Of a stretch of 64,000 nt of DNA, positions 38,001-50,000 are shown piece after piece. Position 1 is the stretch's first letter. Every line of letters begins with the position of its first letter. This stretch comes from Amphiscolops sp. MND2022 (Eukaryota). The DNA lies in NCBI GenBank assembly GCA_964187785.1, contig OZ076409.1:51028001-51092000 (forward strand), written 5' to 3'. Both the position numbers and the translations under genes were made by a program. The notes under the pieces are model-generated. The model did not search any database. It was not told the origin of the DNA and was given only the letters and a program-made list of their open reading frames with translations.

Positions 38001-41000
38001 TTTCGCTGAGAATAAAAATAATAATTATAAAGCAATAGTAATATTCGGATAAAATATTGAACACCCCTGATTGTATGTATTTGGCTAAAACTGTAGCGCA
38101 GTATACGAACAAATACTCTCAAAAAAGCCTGGTTGGAGTAATCATACTGCGCGAGGAAGTTGAGAAGGGCATTGCTCTCAACACTACTGCATTATTTCCA
38201 TTGTGGATGCGATTGAAACATCAACAATCACAGTGAAATCTATTCCATGAACCATGAAGGTGGCTCCTACCGTGATTCGAATCACAATTTAACTATGCAG
38301 CTAGTGTGAGATCAATCTTTCGCGCAACCGACTACTCCAACAAGACCTTGAAGCATTCAGTAGTGTTGCAGTTCATATACCATATTCACTGCGAACCAAC
38401 GAATATATGACAACGCGGGAGCCAACAGCATTTTGAAATAATTCTTGGTACGCTAGCTTCACGTACCTGCTCGTTGTCAGGTTTGACAAGAGCTTAAAAT
38501 TGTTTGAAGTGCAGTCGAATTTCACTTTCATATTCTATACCCTCATTGAGAGGTAAAACTCATTATCGTTGGTCATTTTGAATCTCCGTCCTCCCAAGTT
38601 ATGAAAATAACCATCCTCCTATTGAAATGCAATTTTCGATGAGGTCTCTTCCCGTTAAATGTTAAAAGTCAGGTGTTAAGTGTTAAGTTAAAATGGAGCA
38701 AAACCGGTCTGAGCCAATCAAATTTCAGAAAAATGGATGGACCGGAACGAAGTCCTCACGCAAAATTGAGTTGTGAATTAAAAAGTTCATTTTTCTCTGA
38801 AGTTTCCCGTGCTTTCGTTCCGGTCCGCATGCTTTCAGCCAATCAGATTGCAGAGAAATCGCAGTAGGCTCTTTTTGAAGAGGATAAACAAAAGGATGAA
38901 CAAGTAAGACAGCATAAGGACGGAAAGATGCAAAAGGCTCAAAACAGATCGGTACCACCTAGGTTGTAAAATATTGTATTTCAATACATTTTGCATGGAA
39001 TTAAACTATTTATATTTATTTTTCAAGAAAATAAATGATTTAAACTATTGTCGCTTTATTGTGCTGGAGTGCTTGAGAAAACGAATTCAGTTTCACAAAA
39101 CTTCATTCACTGTATTTACTTACATCCCGGATGCTCGAATTATTGTTCAAAGTCACATAGATAGTCATTATGGAAGTATCTCGCAGTACTGAAAATTCGT
39201 TCAGCTGAGTTTGACGTGTTTGATGTAAAATTTGAAACAATAAATTATTGTAATTGGAAAGGCCGAAAAATAAATTATTTGAATATATTTATTGCAATTA
39301 TTTTCAATTATTTACTTGACACTCTTGGGTACCACTACATACCTACAATTTTTCAGGCAGTCGTGTAAACCACTGCACCAACAGAACATTCATTTGATTT
39401 TAAAGTTTGCTCTTTATTGCTTGAAGTTTTATGCTTTTTAATAAGAGCAAATTAAGAGCAAATAACATAAAAACAAAATTATTCCCATTTAACATAAAAA
39501 TGAAATTAGTTTCATATAACATAAAAAATAAATCCAAATACCCGGGTAAACAATCGAACTCACGAAAATTTATCTGTAATGCTCATACTTCTTTCAGTGA
39601 ATCTCTTTTGCATTGTGATTGCTTTAGAACACTAAAACTTTCGGATCTTTTCTGTTAAATGCTAATAAATGAACTAAATGAAATAGCAATGCCCTGTGCT
39701 TAAAACACTGCTATTAAATAAACTAAATGAAATAGCAAAGCCCGGTGCTTAGAACACTGCTTTTAAATAAACTAAATGAAATAGCAACGCCCGGTGCTTA
39801 GAACACTGCTTTTAAATGAACTAAATGAAATAGCAACGCCCGGTGCTTAGAACACTGCTATTAAATAATCTAAATGAAATAGCAACGCCCGGTGCTTAGA
39901 ACACTGCTATTAAATAAACTAAATGAAATAGCAACGCCCGGTGCTTAGAACACTGCTATCGAATAAACTAAATGAAATAGCAACGCCCGGTGCTTAGAAC
40001 ACTGCTATTAAATAATCTAAATGAAATAGCAACGCCCGGCGCTTAGAACACTGCTATCGAATAAACTAAATGAAATAGCAACGCCCGGTGCTGAGAACAC
40101 TGCTATTAAATAATCTAAATGAAATAGCAACGCCCGGTGCTTAGAACACTGCTATCGAATAAACTAAATGAAATAGCAACGCCCGGTGCTGAGAACACTA
40201 CTATTAAATAAACTAAATAAAAAAATGTCGGTCTAAAGTGAAAGTTGTGATAAAAAATCACAACCTTGAAACACTGACACCCATTATCATGTATTTTTAG
40301 AGAGGCTCTCAGTTAGGGGATCACATAGTGTCGCCCATAACAAGACCCACGCCGGGAACGTGGCCTCTGGAGGGTCTCAAAATCTAATTTACAAAGTCTA
40401 CTACGAAAATATGCTAACTACCAGAGCTTCCGGAATTTTATTTGGGATCAAACATTTCAATTAATTTAAACCAAAATCAATTAATGGACAAATGGAAACT
40501 TGCAAATTAACTATCAATTATCTCGCAATTGTTGAAGCAATAATTTCGGTATTAAGGCTTTCATCCCAAGATAGTCTATTCATCTACAAAGATTTCGAGT
40601 TTCATTGGAAATAAACTTATCTAAAACCGTCCATCTAAAGAACTTTTCCATTTAATTAGAGGTCAGAATCATTTTTTCCGTTTTTTCATCAAATTTTCAG
40701 TCAATAAACTACCTTTTGACCTCCCTAAAATCAATTAATTGCACCCTAATAATTGCAAATAAATAGTTGCCAGTTAATAAAACGATGAGATAATCAAAGA
40801 AGAATTGAAATGTTTTATGATGAAGGATGTTATATTCTTGAAAAGTTGATTCTGCTGTACAGTGTATTGGCGATCGAATGAATTAGATGTACGATGAGAG
40901 AAATGAAATGCTAATTATGAAGGAAATGATGCTGCTGAAAAGATGATTCTGCTGTACAGTGCATTGGCGATCGAATGAATTAGAATGTAAGAATGAAGTA

Positions 41001-44000
41001 CATATAAGAATGTGATTAGAATTTCGTAATTCTGTTTGCGAACCATGCCGGGACTGAACGAAATTTTGTGACGTCATCGTTAAAACGGTTAATTCTTTTT
41101 CGATTCAAAATGGTGATAAATGCAAGAAACTTTGCTAAAGCTATATAATAGAGTGTGTGCATGCATAAATCTATTGGAAGATCAATAAATTATTGCAAAA
41201 AATAATTCCATAGAAAGCTTTTGACTTTGAACATTTTATTGGCAGAAAGCAATAAAATAATTTATCATACCATGTAAATAATTTCTCCATTTTTAGACGT
41301 TCTGTTTACTGCTATTAAATAAACTGAAGGAAAAAGCAACGACCGGTTGATATATATGATGCAAAACTCAAAAATTATATTCATATTATTTGTGCGGGGG
41401 GATCCACATACTTTTTCCATTCTCAAGTCCTTGAAAAAATGATTGGACTAATTCCAAAAAATTAAACTGAATAAAATTAGTTAGACTTTCAGTTTATTGT
41501 TTTAGGTAATTTCTTTTTCGTTTCATTTTACGTTTTGGCTTGGGGGGGGGGGGGCTTGGTGTAAGAATAATACTTTATGAATGCATTAAACTGCTAAAGC
41601 ATACATATTTCCTCCATTCTCAAGCCTTTCTAAAATTGATTGGACTTATTCCAAAAAGAATAAACTGAATAAAATTAGTTAGACTTCCAGTTTATTGTGT
41701 TAGGTATTTTTTTCGTTTCATTTTCTTTTTTGGCATGGGGGGGGGTTCGTGTAAATATAATACTTCAAGAATGCAGTAAACTGCTAAAGCCTACATATTT
41801 CCTCCATTCTCAAGCCTTTGTAAAATTGATTGGACATATTCCAAAAAGTAAATTAAATAAATTATTGAGGGTTTCATGAGTTTAATTTTATTGTGTTAGG
41901 TAATTTCTTTTTCGTTTCATTTTATTGTTTTTTGTCCTCGCGGGGGGGGTGGTTGTTGTGTTGAATAAATTACTTTATAACTGCATAAAAATTCGCCAAT
42001 GCATATACAATTTTTCCATTCTAAAATTTTCTTGAAATTGGTTGAATTTATTCCAAAAAACTATGTGAAATATCGAGACTTCAAGTTAATCATGTTCACT
42101 AATTTCCATTTTTTTTTCGTTTTATCCATGTTGCGTGTGGGGGGGGGATTCGTTGATAAAATAATGCGTGAAAATTACTTAAAAAACTTTTACTACAAAA
42201 GGTAGAACATTGTGTGAAAATTCTTCATTAATACTCGTGGATGGTTCACAGTGATATCTGATACGCGTCGTACGTTCAATTTATCTAGTGACGTCATTTT
42301 GAACTATTTGGAATGCTTTCCAACGGTATTCGCTTCGCGAGTTAATACATTGTTCCTTTGTCGAAAGAAGCACTGATGACACACTCGCTCACCGCGACAA
42401 GGTCGGACATAGAATTGACCTCGGAATTGACCAATCAGAGAGCAGCATCACTTTTCGCTCACTTGGTCGAACTTACACAAGAATTCGTTCAACCAATCAA
42501 AAACGCCGGATTCGTGGCACTCTTTCGCCGCTGGTCGGCGCTATGAAAATGTATAAAATCTAACATTTTGTCACTTGGTAGGACAAAGTCTTAAAATAAT
42601 CCTGAGGCCATTTGAAGCATTTTCCACTATTCAGAATAGCGTGTTCGACCAATTATGACCGACGAAGTGCGGGTTCGACCAAGTGCTAGGCAAAAAACGG
42701 CCAAATGTCCGACCAAGTGCGGATTCTCAAAGACATGCAGGTTTAATTGACCATTTGTTGTTTTGGCCATATCAGTTTTAACATGATTACTAGCTGCACA
42801 AAATTAGACTCCTTCTACCCATTTGGCGAGTCGCGACAGCTTGAATTAACAGGATGAACCACATTTTTACGTAATTGTTCTGTGGTACTGTGATTGTTCA
42901 CTTCGAAGAATAACAGGAGTCAGTCAATGGTTGGAAATAAACTCTCGCAATTGGAGGATTATTGGTTGAAATTCGTAGAATGCAGAAAAAGTAGTACCTT
43001 ACAAGATCAAAAAATGTTGTTTCATCTGAAAACGTCAAAAAATTCAAAAGCGAGACCATTTTAGGACAGTTTTTCTCAAAATAACAGCTTAGTGCCAATA
43101 TTACAATGAGGAAAATCCTTGGGCTCGTCTTTCTAACTGTAAAAAAATCAAAGAAAGCGGAGAGTAGAGCCTCTAGTGGAAGAAAAATGAGGAAAATTGC
43201 GAAGAAAAAACCAAGTTTTTTGGTTCTCACTGGATAATACTTGTTCTATACTTGAATGGGGCGAAATTTTTGTTCAATTTGTTCAACTGAACGAATACCT
43301 AAGAAGCGCATCTAAGATATTGCAAAGGGACCCCTTTTCATTTTTTACTTTTTAAACGTAACATACAAAATCGGACGAGACTAAAGGGTCCCCTTTTAAT
43401 TTTTTTCGGTGCTGTAAGACTTTTTTCGAAATTTTTTTATTGCCTCCAAAGGCTCCCTCCTTAATTTTTTTGATACTTTGCACCAATTGGATGCGAAAAA
43501 AACCCAAAGGGCCCCCTTTCACATTTTCGGCACTATGACACTTCAAAATTCTCATTTTTCGTCTGAAATTAAGATTTTTCAGAATATATCCATCAATAAT
43601 TTTTTCAACACCATGCAATTTTTTTGCGTTATATCCGAACTATTTGCGTTTTACCGAAGCGGAAAAAAATGAGACCGAGTCTCGAAAACAAGCGAACCCA
43701 TTCCTCCCGGCACGAAACTTTGGACGTTTCGACACTTTTATGTGAGTTTTTCATTATTTTCCGCCCATATTTCATATGGGAAAGGAAAATATTTAAATCA
43801 AACGGTTTTTTTTTACAAAATTTGCCAAGAATTATTGTTTACGTGTCGCAGGCTGCCGCCTGCGATGGCAACATTTACACGATTGACCATACGAAGCCAA
43901 TCGCCCTACCTGGGACGCTCGCATTGTAAACCAAAACTTTCAAACATTTAGGATTATTTTGAACATGTAATATTAATTGATGAATTGTATTGCTATTTCT

Positions 44001-47000
44001 TATGTAAAATACATTTGACAGCAAGCCATACTGACAGGCAGAAAGGAAACGTGTTCAAATGTTTGCCTGCTCAGTATGGCTAGCTAAGCCGCCTACGGTC
44101 AATTGGCCAATCAGAGTGCAGTTTGTAATAGCCATCTTATTACTTATTACGTAACTGTGCTAATAACTATTTAGAATGGACCAAAGCGGCCAACTAACTT
44201 TACCGGCCTTATTGTGCTTTGATGCTATATTTGATTGGTATTCAGTAATTACAAATAGGACGAAAGCGGCTATGTAACATAGCCGTCCCTATTCACTGTA
44301 TTAATTGTCTTGGTGCTATGCAGTAAATAAGGCCTATCATGGCCGGTTGGCACGATGAATACTCAAATGCTGTATACCTGCCATATGAAATTGGTATTCC
44401 AGTTAATTAGTGGTTTGAAGATGCAAATAACCCACCCCATGCAATAAACAGACATATACACTGTTAACATGTAATTGTTGCTTTCTCATATTATGATGGA
44501 ACTGAACTAGAAAACCCCAACGGCCATACGCCGAATAGGGCCTTCATGAATTGTTGTGCATGTAAACTGTTGCTTGCATGAATTATACTTGTAAACAATT
44601 TGATCCATATGTGAATGAGACTTGTCGGGACCTTTGATCTAGCCGCCCGCACAAGTCTAGAATGATGTCATGTTGCTATTAATAGTTTCAGTGTATCTAT
44701 TTTTAGTTTGCGTTGCTATTTTTAGTATCATGACCGTTACAATTTTGCCTGTCATGCCCTCTGGGGTATATATACCCAAGTCGGCCTGATAAAGGTTAAT
44801 CATAATTTTGCAGCTACCTGATACACTACGCTCATTTTGATTAATCTGAAAATAGAAATACTTGTCCACAGGAACAATTCAAATATTTTCTCCTGGAATA
44901 AAATTTTCAATGCCTTCCACGAGGAGACAAAAGGCCAAGTCTAGAAAATCCAGAGAATTAGATATGTTGTCCGACTACGGCAACATGGACGTGATGCTAG
45001 GTGGAAGAAGTTCCAACTCTATAGAAAGAGAACTCGATAGCTTGATTAACGTCCCTGAGGGACAACGAGACTTTCAGTCTTTTCCAAATAGAGAAAACTC
45101 ATCTCAAGAAAATGAGATCAGAGACATTGATAGTAGAAATGAACCAGTTAGAGGAAGTATACTAATTGAGTCTATCAATACGCTATCTAGTGAAGTGAAC
45201 GCTAGGATGTCACGCGAGATGGAGGCTATGATGGACCTAATGCAATCACAAATTACCAGAGCCATTAGTTCTGCTATAAGCGAGAGAATTATTCCGGAAA
45301 TACAAAATATGGTTGAAAACTTGCCTTTGGGTCAAAATGGCGTTGGACCAGATACGTCCTTAAATGAGGATAGAGTCAGAAGCGCATGGGAGAACACAAA
45401 TACAAGATTGACAAAGAAGGACTCAAGGTCCGCTTGTGACCTGAGAGAACATTCGGACGTTAGTCCTTACATGGTGACAGGAGCTACCGAACTCCAACAG
45501 CCGATTCCTGAATTCCTCACAGGACGAATTCACTCTCAGCCAGACCTCCAAAGACGAGAATCTACTCATGATACAACTCTGGATACAACTCTGCCAATAG
45601 CGGAGCCTGCTCCGGCAGAACAGCAACAAGACCCTATCAACCGATTGGCAGATGTCCTGGTAAACCTCCAAAATAAACCACACTCGATGACAATTAGACC
45701 AGTCACGACGAACCCCATGACATTTGACGGCAAAACAGAGAAATTTGAATTGTTTGAAGATTTATTTCATACAATGATAAAGATGCAGCCTGCTATGACT
45801 GAACAAATGAAAATAAACCATTTTCATTCTCTGCTCAGAAAAGGAGCACTGCAAACTTTCCGAAATATAAACTCCATAAACCGTCAAACATTAGAAGACG
45901 TATTGGTCAAATTCCGCAGAAAGTACGTCAAACCCGAGTCTCAAGCCACAGCTAAACATAAGTGGCATAGGCTCATCTTTGATCCCAACACAATGAAACT
46001 ACCCGATTTTCTTGAGGAACTCAACCAGGGTGCCGAGAAGGCCTTTGGGGAAAACGCCAAAAGCATGATCGACAGTCTCCTGTATGCTAAATTACCCCCA
46101 AAACTCAAAAGATCAGTCAATATGGCTCGACTGGAAAACGGGACCTACGAGGAGATTGTGGCACATTTGGAACAGGAACTCGAGTTAAACGTATTAGAAG
46201 AATCTGATGACCTACCCATTGCTACAATGGCTTCGTCGTCCAACAAATCCCGAAATTTACTATCTAATGGCATTGACACCAACAAAAATAACCAATGCTC
46301 ATACTGCAAGGCAGAGGACCACTTCTGGAAAAATTGTCCAAAACTGAAAAAGAAGAAAGAATCAGAGGCCAAAGACGGCAAGAAGCCTCAACGGCAAACT
46401 TATCCAGAATGTCCCACCTGCAGCAAAACCAATCACCCAGCAGAGAAATGTTGGCGTGGCGCTGGTGCCCATCTCCGTCCAAAAAGAAATAGACAAGACT
46501 CCTCCAAAGACACGGAGCCCTCTGAAGACGAAGGCAATCGCACCAAGAATGAAAAATCTACAACATCCTCATCAGGCCAATCGAACTCCAAAAAACCGGA
46601 ATCAAAAAACTAATTTTGCCACGACTCCAAATCTCTGACCAAATGTCGATACGACAATATGTCATATCTGACCCAGCTAACATCGCTTATAAGCAATCAC
46701 AAGAGAACATCACAGGGACCCCATCGACTGTCTGGCAGCAGCAGATGGTGGAAGCCTGTATTCAAACTCAACATATTATTCACAGTGACCACCCATACCT
46801 ATATCGACGTAATAACCTTACTAAAGACTCAGAAACCCAATTCCGACCCTTACAAACTGTCGAAGACTACAACCCCCAATACTACGACCCCGAGTACGGC
46901 AAAGACCCGTACTGGGATGATGATTTATACGATAAACACAATTTACAATTTCGGAACGACGACTACCCGCCAACAGACGATGAGGATGACCCTGACATTG

Positions 47001-50000
47001 TAGACACCATACTGTCCCGGGCACTTATCGAACTGTGGCAACCAAATTTTGATGCAATCAAAGATCAGCCACATGCAGAAGAGACACAGGCCACACCTGG
47101 CCTCCTCGACGAGACAGCCTTCATACATGTCCTTGTAACTAAAGAGGGAGAACCAGCGTACATACCATTATCCACAAACCTCGGACTCAAATACAAAAAA
47201 ACGGATGCTATATTTCCCGATGGACTTTGGGGAACTAACCATAGACGGCTTCATAGACACTGGAGCTCACTCCAGCGCAATCCCGGAAGCAGACCTCAGG
47301 AAAATACGCCTATTGGCGCCCCAATCCATAGTCAAAGAGGGACCTGCCCCGACGTTCCAAATTATGGTCGCAAACGGACAATTGGAAACCCCAAAGAGCA
47401 CTGTTGAACTCAAGTTCGAAGTCGGAGATATCGAATTCCAGGAAATATTTATAGTAATGGAAAACCTGACTGGCCCTATCATAGGATTAATGTTCCTCCA
47501 GAGGAATCATACAGTACTGGACATGCGACAAGGCATACTCAATTTCCCATATTTCTCGATGCAACTCAAAACGGCTGACCATAAATACTCCAACGTACTG
47601 GAACCAATACTTAACCCAGACGACATCACAATACCACCCAATGACCGTACCTTAGTAGAGATCAAATCCCAAATCTACAATGAAAACACGGTCACAGGTG
47701 TGTTGCAACCCAGTGATCTCCTCCATGAAGAAGGCGACATCACATTCTGTGCCGCAATAGTCACATTGACTAATGGAAACGTTAACGTTCATATCAACAA
47801 TTTCACAGACCAACCGTACAAGCTTAAAAAGGGACTACACATAGCAAACTTTTCTGTACTAACACCGGAACAGATGAAACACGTCAAACCAATTGACCCG
47901 GTATCCACATGGCATCTCCTCGATGAAAATGTAGAGGATGCGATCTACTATGTCAGTAGTCTACTCAAGGCTAATCGGAACAATGACCAATATGAACAGT
48001 ACTGGTTTCCTACGCCAGAAAACCCAGGGGACGAAGATTCCCATACTCCCATCCAACGACGAATCCTTCAAGAATTACGAAACCTCCAAGAAGCTGAACA
48101 ATTGAATCCTCAGAATGATGATGAGTCACGCCGCAAATTCCTTGGCAATTTCGACTGGAAAGACTCCATGCTGCAACAACACGAAATCAAAAAGATCGAA
48201 TCGCTTTTAGTCGAATACCATGACATATTCGCACGACACAGATTTGACATCGGAATGAATGAAGAATTCACGGTCAAACTGACCCCTAAGGACTATTCGC
48301 CTGCTTACAGCCAAAGTCTCCCAACTCCAGTCAATTTAAAAGAGGACATACTCGTCGAACTGGCCCTCTTACACAAATATGGCATAATAACTACACTGCC
48401 ATTTTCGAAATACGCCAGTCCCATATTCGCACAGAAAAAGCCGAATGGGAAGCTAAGACTACTAGTCGACCTGAGGAAAATTAATAACCTCATTTCGGAT
48501 GACTATATGAACAACAATCATCCGGTTAGTACCCTAACGGACGCTGCACAACATATGGCAGGAAAGAAACTATTCTGTAAACTCGACTGTTCACAAGCAT
48601 ATCACTGCCTACCAATGGCGGACCAAAGGTCCGTTGAGATGCTTGCGTTCAACTTTGCAAGCCGCACCTTTGCGTATAGACGACTTGCCCAGGGCCTTAG
48701 CAGGGCATTATCAGCATTTTCAAGTTTTATGAGGGAATACCTCGATAAAGTTATCAAAGCTGATCGATGTGCCCAATATGTCGACGACATTGGCATAGCC
48801 GCCAATGATGCGGATCATCTCATAAAAAATTTGAAAGCAACCTTTGAGTGCATTAGGCATGCTGGCCTTAAACTGACAATGCACAAATGCCACTTCGGGG
48901 CAACGGAAATCGATTTCTTGGGGAGAACAATTACTCCGGAGGGAGTCAAACCACAAAAGGAACGAATAACAAACTTCCTAGAAAAAACCAAATTTCCCAA
49001 ATCTAAAAAGGCTCTACAAAGATATCTTGGTTTCCTAAATTATTACAGGAACTATATCCCAAGATTATCTGAAAAATTACCTCCTTTCTTTAAACTTCTC
49101 AAAAAAGACGAAAAAGTCCTGGTGACCACAGAACTAATACAACAGTTCAATGAAATCAATCGGGACCTCGACAAATGTAGCCAATTGGCCCTGAAGCAAC
49201 CTTTGCCAAACAAGCAACTGGTCCTGATGACAGACGCTAGTTTCACAGCGGCCGGCTACGCCATACTTACCGAGGACGACCCAAACCAGAAATATTCATC
49301 TGTCAAAAAATCATACGCTCCAATTGCATATGGCTCAAAAACGTTTACGCCATCGCAACTCAAAATGTCCATATACGCCAAGGAATTCTTAGCGATTTAC
49401 TACGCATTCAAAGAATTTGGACATATTTTCTGGGGAGCCCCTAAACCGATTACCATCCTCACGGACAACAAATCGGTCACGAGATTCTTCCAGACGAAGA
49501 TAATCCCTCCAACACTCTGGAATGCATGTGACTATGTAATACAATTGAATTTTGTCATAGCACATATACCAGGGAAAAACAACACAGCCGCCGACTACTT
49601 ATCTCGCATGGAAATGGACCCCAGAGAGAAACTAGTCCTTAAAATCCGCGAAGACATAGAAACTAAGCCCATCGAGGTCAATGTCCAATCGGCAGGCGTT
49701 GCTGAAGAGGAACAGGTTTTCTTCACGGAGCAAGATGATGAGACAGAAGCTCAAATTTGGGAGCGTAAAAAACAAAGCCGAACTAACCCAATCGACCAAG
49801 AAGGCGTTATTCAAATTGACGCAATATCTGAAAACATAGTAGATGAGATTACAAACTTTACCCAAAAATTGCGCAGACCGAATCAAATCTTACTTGAACA
49901 ATCCAAGGACCCTATACTGCGCCAACTCAAAGCCAAAAGTCAGAACGAAGACTATTCTGAAGAACTACTCCAGCAAGATATCCGATACAAACACTACCTT

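Larger units (their letters stand above)
9115..42729 (-). mobile_element. Giant (~33.6 kb) tyrosine-recombinase DNA element with 21-bp TIRs and chromatin-modifier cargo
   Basis: TGAGAATCCGCACTTGGTCGG at 9115-9135 and its exact reverse complement at 42709-42729; subterminal GGTCGRAC repeats at both ends; YR gene next to the left end; the GCAACGCCCGGTG motif was seen only between these ends. Confidence 0.8.

Noticed and set aside
39670..40220. Possible CRISPR array
   Set aside because: The whole 51-bp unit is repeated; it is a simple minisatellite.
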